The translations under genes were made by a program, and so were the position numbers. 64,000 nt of DNA from Ophelia neglecta (taxonomy: Eukaryota), in contig OZ260661.1 in assembly GCA_965285935.1 (NCBI GenBank), positions 132,184,001-132,248,000 on the forward strand, in the 5' to 3' direction. Shown here one piece after another: positions 39,141 through 53,389 of the stretch. How positions within the stretch are numbered: the first letter of the stretch is position 1; every line of letters begins with the position of its first letter. A model generated the notes under the pieces. The model did not search any database and was not told the DNA's origin. It was given only the letters and a program-made list of their open reading frames with translations.

Positions 39141-39206
<66 letters not shown>
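39141..39206 (+). repeat. (TAA)n microsatellite, the L2 3' tail
   Basis: Directly visible. Confidence 0.97.
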
Positions 39207-42200
39207 TAAGAGGTCGCTGACCAAACTTATATAGCTGTTTATAAGGAGGGGCCTATAAAAAACAAATTCAGTATAAGACAGAAGTAATCCTTAGTGGTTA
39301 AACACACAGACAACTCAGAAGAGAGGTATCCACCAGAAAAACAACGGAGTGGATACCCGTGACTACATCATAAGCAGAAATTATCGATAAAATATACCCG
39401 AATTCATAAAAACATAAGTTGCATACCGCAAATGCTGCTAGTAACTGCCTCCAAATGACATTTACACTGATAAACGCAAAGCAATAGTCTTATTTCAATA
39501 GCCAACTGGCAGAGAGAAGGAAATTGGACACCAGCATTAACTTCACATTATTGTTCCAAATTCACAAGGAACCGTGAACAGCAAGCTTAGTAATCGCCAA
39601 TATGGAGCTTCGCAACTGGAGATAATGCTCAATTGATAATGCGATAAGGTGTTGGCAACCGGTTTCTAAGATTGTGCCTAACCACAAACAAACGTGCCAA
39701 TGGTAAAATACGAATAAGGATGGAATCTGGGAAGTCCGAAATATACAGACCAATTATATAAATAATTGGAGGACACTGAAATAAATCATTCCTAATGGCA
39801 TTTATACTGAAGGAGATAAGAGGAATAGTTTGAAAAGGATATGTAATAAGAAGTTGATTACCCTTCTCGATCATAAGGATGAACCCGATATGACAAATAG
39901 TACATAATGTGACATTAAATAAGCCTGAAAGGTAGATATAAGTTGAAAATAAAAACTAGAAATAGCTTATGTTTCTGTCACTTGAGGAGCTGCTGGGTTT
40001 TGTCGATCTAGAATTAACACTCTACTACTGGCCCAGAAAATTATGACCGTAGCTTTTATGTCTGAGCAGGTTAAAACTGTATCTGTCTCTCTGTCTCAAT
40101 TATGTCACATGCCAAGACCTAAAACCTTGTGTGAGGACATCTACTTGACGTCCGCAATAAAGCCACATGTTCCGTATCAACAGCTATATGTCTACCATGT
40201 GATGACCCATGTTCACATGTTCTTTCTTTCGCTAACAACAGAAAGAACAAACGGCACCGTAATCAGGCCATTCCCAAGGAAAGAGTCTAAAAATAGAGAG
40301 ACAAAGAAGCATAATGCGGTTATTTCAGAGCGCAACGTGTTTTTTATAAGATGAGCTTTACACAATGCCTTTGTGTTGTTAAAGTTGGTGGTTTTGTTTT
40401 TTTCTGCCGGGCATCTATTCCAATTTACTCTCACTTTTTGTCGTTCATCATGTCAGCAGTGGATCTCTTCCCACAATTCATGCTTTGGTTTTTTTGTTGA
40501 GTACAGATAGTTCAAGAATGATTCCAATTTGACTGTTGCTGAAAAGGGAGGTTAAGAATGTAACGCCAAAAAATACTGTGTGAATAATGAGCGAGTGCAC
40601 CTGTTGAGTTCTTATCAATGTTTCTCATTCTTGTGTACTCCCAGGAGGAAGAAAGCACAGGTATTTCAACAAAATTGTCAAAAGTCTTTTCACTTTCAAG
40701 GCCAGGAAATCAATATATCTTACATTCATAGCCTTTTAAGAATGGGATGATACATCACGTTATATGCTTATGGAATGCTATAGAATACTGCTAAGCGTCA
40801 CTCCTTAGGTGTTCGAGGACTTCTCGAAAACACAAGAAATAAGCAGTAATTGCTTCTCTTATCTCCTAAATCTAATGGTATGCCTTTCCGGATGTCATTA
40901 GTCTGCCGTCCAGGTAATCATAAACAAGAAAAAATGATGTTTTTACAAGATTTGTTGTAAAAATAAGTCTTAATAATGTTTTAATAAACAGAATAGTTTG
41001 ACAAAGATCCATACTTAAGTTGAAAACGTATTTATTCCCAGTAAGACTTAGTAAACTAGTCGCAAATGTTTGTCCTAAATATATCAATAACTAAGCTTTT
41101 AAAATAAGAGCAACCATTAGTTTGTGCTACAAAATTCAAACTAACGAGGCTTAGAACACAATATCACCAGACAGGATGGAACGGAATAACAAGAATCAAG
41201 GGGGGGGGGGGGACGGATGAACGGAAGTACTAGTTTTCTACTGTTTTAAGGGTAATTCAAAATTACTGCAAACATCTTAAGACAGATGAGATGAACTTCC
41301 CCATAACTAACATAAGTAGTACATGTCATATTAACATAAAGAGCCGTAGTATATACGACGGTGTATTATATCTAATGTTTTTGTTGAAATGAAATTCGTT
41401 GTACAGTGATTATTCCTCTCGACTGAAGAATAACAGACACACCATCCATCGTCAATGTAATTTTTCTAATGCCATAATCATATAAATTATCGGCAGTGCC
41501 CAAAGCTAATGCACATCGTGGGCTTTTATCCTCAAATATGAATTGGCCGGTATATTATTACAGGTTGGGTCGACTATCTTTTAGATGCAATGAAAGCCAC
41601 CAGGCTCTGTAAGGCTCCTAGCGTCCACTTAATATTATACTGTCAGAAACCAGCAGTAAAATGTTAGAAAATAGCCCTAAACTATTGTGCCTGTTCTTCA
41701 GGAACAGTGTCTGACGTAAAGTTGATGATTATCACACCAGGGGGCAAGATTGCGCCCTGTGAATATAAATACTTTCTCACACAAGTACCATTTATTAAGA
41801 TACATCAGACTGGTGTAATATGGTACAGATAACGTTTCAGCGGCAGAGAAGGCTTCGTTTCGGACAAGAGGTTACTAGCAAGAAATATTGGCTAATCCAA
41901 ATTCAGTTCATATTAACTCGTCAATGAGCTCTTACAATTCAATGATCTCGTTAAAAGCTGGTTAAATAATTTCCAAAATAAGCACAGTGTAAATATTACT
42001 TAACCTAACGGGCTTTTCGCGATGTATATTCAAATATTCATGTATCGTTAATTGCTGAGTTTACAGTAGCCGTGAGAGTGATGGGTAAATGTTTCAATAT
42101 TGGCTGAAGTAGGCTTAACGTGCAAACAAAACTGTCAGAAACATAACCAGCCGACATCTGTTTTATTTTTTTCTAAAAAATACGTATATTTTGGAGTCGT

Positions 42201-45200
42201 TTGCGACCATCGCATCGCACTGCTAATTGGATGATATTTTAGTGTTTTATTTTCAGTACACATGTTGGAGGAAGCTACATGTTGCTCATCAGCCTTATAT
42301 ACTTTATTTGTGTTCAGCATCTAAGGCAATGTTACCTAGCTCCGACATAACTATCAGAATGTTGTTTACTTCCCTCTTTGATATTTACCTTTGAGTGGTT
42401 GAATAATCTAGAATAATGATAGACGTATTATAAGAAGGGTAATCAGACAATATGTCTAATTTTATTTCTTGTGGCAGGCTAGTTTAAACTGACCTGTCTC
42501 TCAAATGTTGACATTTGAAAGATTATGAAGTATCAGGTATTAAACGTGAGACTAGAACATGCAGTGCAAGTTACAGAAATGTCATAGCACGCTTGTTTGC
42601 TGTCAGTGATCGATATATATGTTTATCTAGCCTTTTTACCATCTAAGAGTCAAAGCAAAAAAAAGTGGTAACCTAAATTATCGGGGTAGGGGTAAGGATG
42701 AAAGTGGGAAGATTTGCACTTAGGAAAAATCCAATCAGTATATGTTTAACTCGTATGTGAAAAACTATGTCGGACTCTGCAGAATAAAAATTGACCGATA
42801 TGCTAGCAATCAACATCTGATTGGCCAAATTTTCTTATAACCGCCGAGCCATTTGCCACTGAATTTGGACAAGCTGGTATAAGCATAACGACTAAGCAAA
42901 ATGTGATCCGCTATACTTAGAAATCAGTAATATATAGCTAAATAAAAGGGCAACATATACAGCACACGGTAAACATTATCGGTCTTCTCCTTATGTATTA
43001 ACTTAGAAGTGAGAACCAGTACGTAATAAGGGAACTTACTCTGTTTACAACTTAAATATATCATATCAGCTTTCAGGTTTTTGCCGGCAGACTGTCATAA
43101 AGTACACTTATTGATTTAAGAAAAGATTACCAGGTGCAAAGTCTTATTCCGATTTATTTCATTTCTGAAGGTATGTTGACATGCATGCATTGACTAAATT
43201 ATCGCCGCGCATATAGTTTTCCAACCTTGCCACCCTTGAATCCATATCAAAAATGTATAAAATCACACAGACACCACATAACTCTAGAAGATCCAGAACC
43301 ACACACTCAGTCTGAAGAGTTCCGAGGTCAATTCGTAGCAGGCAATAACTGACTCATCGCATGGACTAAATCTGAACCAGTGCGTATAACGGCTGGGTTT
43401 TTTATGTAAGGAATCAATCAGGAGCAGACATCATAAAGTAAACGAAGACATAACCCCCCCCCCTTTCAGGAAGGAGATAATTATTCGTGCTTCTTCTACG
43501 TACTTCAAACAAGGGTGAATTCCAGGCAGAATAACACAATTGAGCCCTGGAAGCGTTCTAAGGTTTTGGGATTAGATTGGCGTATTGCTGATTACCTGAG
43601 AACAAATCAATCGGAGTTTCAGACCAAATACATCTTCCAGAAACCCCGATAAGCAAGTTAACACCGATTCAGCACTTTAATCCTGATGTAAATCAGATAA
43701 GTCAAGACCACCTCCAGAAACCGGGCTTCCGTGATACAGTTTAATCAAGATATATTGAAGAACCGCGGGCTGCAGGATCATTCACATCAATCCTCGATCC
43801 TTAATTGTTAATAAGCTGGTAACAAAATTATGCCACCCAAAACATTCAGTGATGATACCACTTGCAAGAAGTTGTCAACAGTTTCACGATGTGTTTTAAC
43901 ATATAATTTAACGAGACCACTGTTAGAATTAAGATGGATTATGCCCAGAACAGCGTACGGCGTTCACTACTTATAAATGGGAAACTACGAATGACCCCCA
44001 AAGGGTCCCCGACATAAGAAAGGATTAGTAAATCGGGGCTGGGAGGGGGGTAGGGGATTTTGTTGGTATTTTATAGTTCTAGGAGAAAAGAATGTTTGCC
44101 AGGGTCAGGTGTCCTCTATATTGTATTTCTGCTAGAACAAAAGCAGGTCAGAGGCAATGCTTGCCTTCCCCCCCTTCTCACAACCCCCCCCCCCCCAAAC
44201 CCCACAGCCATACCCCTATACATGCAGTGATGAAATCTTATGGTCCTTGTTATACAAACTCAAGGTAGGAAATACTGATGCACAATACGTTAAAAGAATG
44301 GCCTACCATAGTCGCAGAATGAATTTACCAATCTGTCAACTCCAATGGCCTTAGTGTTCGGATATCCAAATAACTGAGACTATCCAAGACCTGAGAAGAT
44401 TTGTACCTAAGCCTTGCGAGTATTAACCACACTGAACTAACCCTACATTGGTGCTCTACCTATTTGCCGCTCTATACCTGAGTGTGCGCAGCTGGAATGT
44501 GCGTCTGAAACCGAGTCTCATGTAGGTCGACCGCACTCGGGCGGTGTAATGTTCCTCGCCGCTCGTCCTTACCCAGGACCACGAATGCATTTCTAAACCA
44601 GGCAACATGCTTAATCCATGCTCTACGCCTTGAGATGAAAGGAAGTGTCCGACCAAGCATAGAATACATGATACGCTGCCCCTTTCTTTACGTTTACTTG
44701 TGGTTTTCTCGCGGGCAATTCGATTGGGTATAAATATTAGCCAAGAAAGCCATGCTTATATCTTGGCTTTTGAGAAAAGGAAAACATACCCGACAGACAA
44801 GACCAGCCCTCCTACAGATTCAACAGGGTTTATCAACTGCAACACAGCAATCGGAAAAGTCATTCTAGTTCAAATTCTGAGCTTTCACAATATTGTTTTT
44901 TTTAAACAAATAAACCACGGATAAGAGCGCTAAAGATGGACGACAGTGCACAGAGTTCTACGACATCAAATAACACATAACGCAAATGTAGCACTGGTCA
45001 AGAATGAATGAGGATGAAATATGTCGCCGAGGAACTTATATCAGTACAACGCTCATTTTAGAGTCAATCAAACTAGAATAAATACAAAACATGAAACTGT
45101 AATATAATACTGGGCAAGTATCAGAAATGAAAACAACAATTTGCTTGATATTTTATCCTGACGATGTATGATAATATTCAGTTTTGCTGGGTTTAACAAA

Positions 45201-47786
45201 TGAGTATTTCATGTGTTAACAGTTACTACCCACATGATACTGTAACGTTACGCTATACATCTATTCAAATAAACACCTGATTTAGTTTCTGTGTCAGCTG
45301 CGGTTTCGCGAATCACTCCTCCCAGCGAACATGTGTTTATTGTGATGTCCATCTGAAACCCGTAATGTTATACTCATGCAAAACACGTATCAAGAAATTT
45401 TAACTGACTAGCCAATTGTCGCTATCAGAAATCGGGAAACATGACATCTGGCATGGATTTGTAAACTGCAAGGGTTGTCTTTATTACCACCTGGACGCCT
45501 AATGCACTTACCTTGTACAACATTCGGATGGATGTGTATACAGTAATTACCTGAGCCGCGTTATAAATTTACAAACGGTTATATAATAGACAATCACTGG
45601 TTGCTAAACATGATAGTACGCTAGTACATGTCATACATGTACACTGAACGAAATGTTTTCGAGCTTTCTATTATACTGGACTCAAATGGTGTAGGGATGT
45701 TTCTGGAAAACGAAATTTGATAATACTATGTGATAACAAACCACAAAATGCAACCAATTCCTGGGAAGAAATCCCGTGAAAATAACAATAGCAAAAATAT
45801 ATATTCTAACACGTATGTCTGACCTGCTTGGCAGGGCGGTGAGCGATAAATGGGTAATGACCTGCGCAAGATGACAAAAGAGGTATTTGCACGAAACTGC
45901 GTCACACAAACAATCGTTGGAATGAACAGAGCCCCAGGCTATATCTTGCCAGAGTTTAAAACACCTTGGCCTAATAATGCTCTTTTTCTTCGAAAAATGA
46001 ATTAAAAACCGGGGTGAATACCATTATTAATCCAGAACAGTCCATTAAATCGTTGTGACATAACCATCAACTAGCAGCCACAGGCCCACATACATCAATA
46101 CACTAATAACCAGCTTTATATAACTAAATAAGCGTGAAGACAATTTATATGGCAATAATAATTGGAATCAGTTGGACCAAAACAAGTCAATTATGATACA
46201 AAGTAAATTGTTACAACATCCAGGCGAAATTTCTAGTATAAAATCACATGGTAAGCAATGCTTTCATTTTGGATTTGCATGTTGAAATCTTTTTAAAAAT
46301 AATAACATGTTCTCTAACCAAATTCAATAATACGCGGGCTTTCATAAGATATAATGGTATGATTACCTTAATATTTCAATACTAAATTCAGGCCATCACC
46401 AGTAAACATGCATGAGTCGCAATTCACAATCTTAAGTCCAAAATTACGCACAACATGTAAATGTATGAGTCTAAACAGGAACGTGCCACTGATAGTATAT
46501 TTTAATACAAACCCCTGTTATGTTTCACCCGAAGCCAGGTGTGTTTACGCCCTAGGTGCCATATGCCATATTCCTCTTTTAAACTGATAAAATAAACTAA
46601 CTTTCAATCGGATATATATCAGCTGATACAATTTCACCTGCGTAGATTCTTCAGAGGTCAAGAACTGCACATTGGGCTAACTGGGCGCCAAAGATAAGCA
46701 TTGGAAACCTGACCTCTGGTTATCAATCTAAAGAATCTTAACATTTCCTTCCGAATCTATAGTATATTCATACACTGAGGATTTGTATGAGTACATGGTA
46801 ACTAAATTTAATCAGTGAAACTGTTTGTAAATCATACAATAACTGCAATGATGTAATGAATATCATTTTACAACTAATTACTATAAAATAAAGCTATACC
46901 TTCCTGTATATTGAATTCCTTGTTAAGGTATACAGGGTGAGTGAGCAAGCCGATAAAAATTTCGAATGGCAGTTTATTATAATTTAAAAGATTCATTTAA
47001 TTGAAATAAAATGAAAGGTAACTTTAAAGAAAGTCTGTATACATACTTTGAAGAATTTAGGATGTCTAAGTTTACATTTGTCTTATGTTCCTTTATTACA
47101 TGCCTGTCAGTACTCCTAAAAATATTTTTTCGCCAATTAGAAGAAAACCAGCGGTACAACTGTTTGAAACCGCAAGACCCTGTAAACTATTCGAGACACC
47201 CGGTATGCGTGTTGACCAATCCTTGGTGGGCGTCTGCCAGCTGTCAAAACTCACGATTAACTTATCAATGAGCATGAGAACCCAAGCTACATTTGTCAAT
47301 GTTACCAATGTGGCCACCCTCCACCTTTCACCACAGCCTCAAATTAAAAAAAGCGGTTGAATTACTGGTGCAGTCTATCAATTATTGCAATAATTGCTCT
47401 ACTTATTACAATAATAATTCACAAACCGCAGATTGTCCATGACAAAGCCGCCTGGCAGATATAGCATATATTATGACATTACAATGGAGCGACAAGCCTC
47501 ACTCTGGCTGCCTTTGAAGTACGATTTACATCTTACAGTCTATGGTCGGTGTTTCCTAGCGGCCAACACTTTTAAATCGGCTGCTGCTCGTATTTATTTG
47601 TCATCAGACACTGTCGACACACTGCCCCCCCCCCACCCCCAGCGCCGAAGGGAGGCACGGTTTAGTATCTTTTACAAACTTGTGGTTGCATAACTCTATT
47701 GTGGAGGCCGTGCACTATTTCCACCAATGCTCGCCCAGTGTTTTAAGTTAAATAAATTAAGCGCCACCGTCCTTTCGTTGATCTAA

Positions 47787-48175
47787 GGGAGCGTTCATTA
47801 TTTATGGCCGGGGGGGGGGGGGGTGGTAAATTTTTGAAATGAGTACGTCAAAAAAAAATTGCCCCCCCCCCTGGAAATAGGTGGGAAAAAAATTGCCCCC
47901 CCCCCCTCAGAAATAGGTGGAAAAAAATTGCCCCCCCCCCACCCCCCATCAAAGACAGAATTTGGCTAAGTTTTATCAGTTTCACTACACACTTTTGTAC
48001 AATATATATTTCTAAATAAAATTGCGCACCCCGTGAATAGACTAAAAAAAACTGTCCCCCCCATAGAAATGGGTTGAAAAAAAACTGTCCCCCCCATGGA
48101 AATGGGTTGAAAAAAAATTGTCCCCCCCAAATTTACCACCCCCCACCCCCCCGGCCATAAATAATGAACGCTCCC
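47787..48175. mobile_element. PIF/Harbinger-type MITE with TAA TSD
   Basis: ~45-bp TIRs gggagcgttcattatttatggccggg...ggtggtaaattt / aaatttaccacc...ccggccataaataatgaacgctccc, with TAA on both sides (47784-47786, 48176-48178). Internal A7-ttg-C9-gaaat subrepeats. Confidence 0.9.
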
Positions 48176-48803
48176 TAAAGGCGCCTCATACTTATACTAC
48201 TACAGAGTGATTACATTTTGGCAACACTAAAATATAACGGAAGAAGAGTCGAGCACCTTCTTTGCTCCTCCAGTTAATGCCTTCTTCTTTCTTCATTAGA
48301 AAACTACATGAATTAAAAGCAGGCCTGGCAAATACGAACATAAGTGTTGGATGACATCCAAGCCGCTTGGTACCCTTTGAAAAGTGAAACTATCCGGTCT
48401 GAGATTCAACTATTATAGATCAGCCTGTCCCCTTGCCCAGTTGCCTACCACAGATACATCATTCGTTAAATATGTAGCTAAGCTGTCATCTGGTTTCTAT
48501 ATTTCGAGATGCCTAGAAATTTGATTATTAAAACACAACATGGTTCAGATGTTTAGTAGCTTTTAATTGGCCCTCTAGGAAAGTGCCACTGGGTAAGTGG
48601 CCGAGTATTATTATAGCTTCACGTCTAATCTGTTTGTGTGTTATCATACTGTTATGTAGGCTGAATCAGACCCGAAGGGTTACAACAAGGCATTTAGGAG
48701 CGGGGGTGTTCGCAGAGCAGGTGATGACAGAGTGTAACAGTGCCGAACTGTTTGCAAGATATAAACCGTATCAGGAAGACATGGTCTTCACATACTTCTA
48801 AGA

Positions 48804-49047
48804 GGCATACTGGAAAACCTGATACGAAATACGAAGGAAATACGAGATACACAGATACGAAAAATTAAGATTGAGTTGGATTATGACAGGGTAAGGGGTA
48901 GGGTTAAGCTAGCAACCTAACTAAACCATAACTTACTTTATCCTTCACCCTAACCCTAACCTAGTCCATATGGCTACGTTTTAAACACCTCGTATCTCGT
49001 ATCAGCGTCTCGTATCTGGTATTTCGTATCAGCTTTTCCAGTATGCC
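48804..49047. mobile_element. MITE with GGC...GCC TIRs, perfect 9-bp TSD (cttctaaga) and telomere-like core (Merlin/MULE-like)
   Basis: TIRs ggcatactggaaaacctgatacgaaatac / gtatttcgtatcagcttttccagtatgcc, with TSD at 48795-48803 and 49048-49056. The interior has ggggtagggtta and ccctaaccctaacc. Confidence 0.9.
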
Positions 49048-51479
49048 CTTCTAAGACCGTCTGGTTCCGGGCAGATGAATCTGCAGTGTGCCTTCCAATT
49101 GGCAGTGAGAGGACATAGACAAGATTTTACCAATCGATGTGTTTACCAATCCTGATAATATGCAGGTGAATATGTTCTGCAAAAAAAATTGCCTTCGCTG
49201 CCAATGTAAGCGGCTGAAAGACATAAATTTCTAGACTATCATACTGTTTGATAAGGTATTTCCTGGCGGGTTATACAAAAAATAGATGGTTGTTCCAATA
49301 GCCACAAGCAAACAACTCTGCATCGAAGCTTTGAAATGCTACACCAACAAAACTACTGTTTTTAATCATCACGGGGTCTAAATCTTTCTATATTCAAAGG
49401 GCACTTCTGCTTCTAATCATCACGGAGACGTAGAGCAAATAACACTTATATTTAACACAGCGCAACAAACTAGCAGCTACCACAGAAATTAAACGCTATA
49501 TAACAAGGCATATGTGGCGTTTATCCACATGGCTAATGCTGGCCTAGGCTATTTCGCCAAAACTGAATACAGGCATAAAATCGTAGAATTATCATATAAA
49601 GCATTTCTCAGAGTTATTCCTGTTAAGTCCTTTGCCCGCCGCGCCTTTTGTTTGGCATTAACTTGTATAGGCATGTGACAAGGCTTATGTAAGGCAGAAC
49701 GGCGCCGAACAGAGGGAGACTACACGAACCGTGTTGAAACAATAAAAGTTAAAAGAGTTAAAACGAAGCTTGAGCAACAGCCCAGGACTTAAAGTGACAA
49801 ACGAGTTGAACACGTATTCAAATGACCGACCAGGTCCCAGCAGCTGAAACAACCGGACGCATCGCTTTGAGAACGCGGGACCAAATTAACATATATGTCG
49901 AGCAGTGTTGTTGCTTCCCTTTTATTTATAATAGGTGGAACTGTTTGCTTACAATGGATAACTGATATGAAATGTTCCTTGAAATATAATCATCTGTAGA
50001 TATTGATACAAAATACATCATCTGTGCTTTTTATATAGGCGTGGCTGCACAAGCGACAAAAATGCCAGTCCGTTCTGCAACTTTGGTTACGGATGTCTTC
50101 TAACCTGTTTAACGGACTGTTGATTTGCAGTGTTTATCGATATCCCATCCTATCACACCCACCCAGGAATAGTAACCATACATACTTATAAAGGAGACAC
50201 AATGAACTCCTTTCAGCGTGCTTTTTTTTACCAGTTTTGGTTGTTTAATGCTGTTCAATTAGTCTCCTTTCTTTTAAGCCTTCTACATGAATACAGCTTT
50301 TAATATGATATTCATGTAATGCAAGGACACTCAAGGCTTGCTTATTATTTAATTGTATTTGGGGATACAGAAATGTCAATTCAATATATTCCAATTGTGT
50401 GATAATCCCGGTTTCAATTGGTATCTCTGTTGTGAATGCTTGCAAGAGTTATCAAAGACATTGCAATATAAATAGGTTACCAAAGCATTTTCGGTAAAGG
50501 AAAAAAAATGTTGCATCGAAATAGTAATTTGTTATCCCATGTGTAGTTTTCAGTTGAAAGTACATTATTAACATATTATTCCTTCAAAACAAGATTTACA
50601 CTCGTTTAATCAAGCACAGCCACTAGTTTAGTTTTTTACGTTGAATTAGTGTTATCATAGACCCCTGACCGCAGTTCCTTATTAAAGTAATGATTCGTCT
50701 CTCCGGGCATTTTTCATCCCTATCAAGTTGCCCTACACTGAAACATTCTTATTTTTACCAGTTTTTGCCAATACTTTATCAAAAATATGATTAATTTGTG
50801 CAATTAACTTTTTTGTAAACTGCAGATTTGCCGATGCGCTCTAGAAAATACACATTAGAAGCTCTCAGTATGAATTAGAAACATTAACGTTGTATTTTGC
50901 CTTGAATTTATCATGAATCACTTTTAGACCAAAATTAATCTTTGAAAAAAAATTCAGAGGAAGCTTATCACCTCTGTAAGTATGTATTATATATATATAT
51001 AACTTATAAAACAAAAACAAACAAGAGCCCAGAAACATAGCTCTCGCAAGTGTATTCTTTTTGAACGATTTTTTATGAATGTACATGAACACTATATATG
51101 TGTAGTGCTCTTTAGCAAATATATTGCATTCAACCGTACCTATACAATAGCAAACCGATTAAATGAAATTGAATAAGCATATCAATTTGCAAAAATCCTC
51201 ATTGGAGTGGAGAGATATAGAAACAACCCACATGACAAAAAGACTATTGCGAATAAGAAGCCCATGACATTTTATCTGTCCTTAAAATAATAGAATTAAA
51301 ACAACCTTTCGAAGCCAACGGCATGTTCATGTTATCTATGATTAATTCCGTATTTCAAGGCAAGCACACGTATAATTTACACGCCTGAACTATAGCTTCA
51401 ATATCACTGCTGGTGATATAGCAGCCATAATTATGCATTATATGAAATGTCGGCAACCCATGGAGGGGTTTTTATTCCT

Positions 51480-52880
51480 AAGGGTATGGCATATCGGAGG
51501 AGTTTATGGGGTAAAAACAGAATGCGTCGGTCGTTAATCCTCATACAATGTCAAAATATTTGCTTCTGTGATGTACCCTGCCTGGCAAAGATATGGTTTC
51601 CACCATCAACGTTGCATGAGTCTGTCAGAATCCAGCAGTGAGGGGTCGGAAGCTTGGTTCTTCCTCACACTGGAGGCCCTTCACATAATAAATGATTATG
51701 GCACTTTGCTGCATGGGTGTTCTGATTTCGAAACTCCAAGTATCATAGTTTTTGTGTCAAATAAAACTGATTCTGAATTGAAACTGATTTTCTCAGTCGT
51801 ATCTGGCGTTGTTACCAGACAAGTCTTACAAATAGAATAATATCATCTAGTCCAGTCTCAACACATTTACAGTATATTTGTTAATGCTCTTTAAATTATC
51901 CCCAGAGCAATTACTTCATATTGTATTTCTTCAAGGTTGTTTTATCATATTCGAAGGATAATGAACGGATGAGATAACCAAAATGACTCGCCTCTTTTCA
52001 TCTGAGCCGCGATTATACTTTGTGTCGGATACGATTATCTTAACACATTCTATTCAAGGATCTACCTTTATAAAATAATATACCACTGCGCAACATTTCA
52101 TCCCAATCCGTTTATACTTATATTTATATTGTGACATTTAATTATATTTTTTAACACGAGAATGTATTTGAATAGGTAATAAGTGATCGTTTTATCAAGG
52201 GTCAACCTGGCTATATAACCCCACCTTATTGTGACACAATGATATAGGACAGTTCACCAATTCAGTTTGATGACGACATTGTGTAGTTGAACAGAGGCAT
52301 TTGGCTCTATGAACTCTTCAAACCGAAATAATCTAACAAAACGACTCGGTGTCTGTGTGTCTACCTCAAACGGACAAGTCTTATACACCACAATTTTCAC
52401 TTCTTTATTTATCCTTCGACGTTTGGCATTGATTTAAATCATACATAATCTATAGGCCGTAAGGTTTTAATCCCAGCTGCGCACTTATACATGCAAGCGC
52501 GGCATTTATCAATCCATGACGTATACACTTTACATTGAGGAAGCAGACGTTGAAAGGATAGTCTATCTATTGGTTCAATGTCAACCTGTCAAAACGTATT
52601 CTCGGTATTCAGTAATCTAGTCTGAGACTATCGACGTCACAAGGAAAATTTGACATGCGATGGGCATAAGATCAGAAATATAAGAAGACTACCTTGGGGT
52701 TACACGAATGTTGCACTCTCTGCGAGCTGGTAGGGAGACCGGCTGGGCTATATTTCATATTGTTCACCCCAAGCACATCATGTCTTTTGGTAACTGACAC
52801 TCTGCCGGATTCTAAGTATTTCATAAGCTCTGAGATGAGAGTGGGATGTGAGTAAAGAAATATCATGCGTTGAGGATTCT
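51480..52880 (-). pseudogene. Heavily decayed, internally deleted DNA-transposon ORF (AcademX-like)
   Basis: Collinear minus-strand fragments HPTLISELMKYLESGRVSV, RFEEFI, CPISLCHNK, IALG..LFV, NNARYD and HPCSKV..RAS resemble recalled motifs of XPG-containing Academ proteins (HP..G.FSV, VPLSLCH.DG, VNEARY, LPPC..RA). Confidence 0.4.
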
Positions 52881-53143
52881 TTCATAGATTCTAATAATAG
52901 TCATCTGGTAGGCTCGGTGAAGATGTAAATCGCTGTTGATGAAATTATCGAAGAAGGAAATGACAATAAGATATCGCTTTGTATTTATAGGATGAAAGCA
53001 AATCGAGTTTGCTAATGTAAATGTGCACACATCTTAATACATTGATATTAGGGGGTATATGTATCTATATGTGTCTAAGAGCAGTGACGCCCGATTCGTG
53101 TCCAACCCTGCTTAGCTTGGTCACTTTAACTATAGGCACACCT

Positions 53144-53389
53144 GGGGCAGGTTATTAAAACAGTCTTCGACGCCAAACCAAGTCCAGATATTCTGACTTG
53201 GCTAAGATTATGCTTCGACTGAAGTCCAAGACCATTGTTAAAAAAGTCAAAGTTTAAAATCGGACTTGACTTCAAGCTAAGAATTCATTAACAACTGGCT
53301 AAAAAGTACAAGTCATTTATGTTAAGTCAAAACTTGAATCTCATGAAATCCATTGGACATCAAGTCAAAAGTCCTTAAACAACTGGCCC
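53144..53389. mobile_element. Old Harbinger-like MITE with aagtc/gactt subrepeats
   Basis: Degenerate TIRs ggggcaggttattaa / ttaaacaactggccc, and many internal aagtc/gactt motifs in both orientations. Confidence 0.55.

Larger units (their letters stand above)
36891..39206 (+). mobile_element. 5'-truncated L2-clade LINE with 3' stem-loop and (TAA)n tail
   Basis: Open RT ORF, a 3' UTR with stem-loop agcgctta-N10-taagcgct (39101-39126), then ~21 TAA units. No obvious TSD, as is common for L2. Confidence 0.92.

Noticed and set aside
40287-40296. Perfect MEF2 site CTAAAAATAG upstream of the putative muscle gene
   Set aside because: Such AT-rich 10-mers are expected many times by chance in this window.
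44456-44669. GC-richer coding-like patch, plus a strong minus-strand donor near 45508
   Set aside because: No recognisable protein and no consistent exon boundaries or phase with the gene model.
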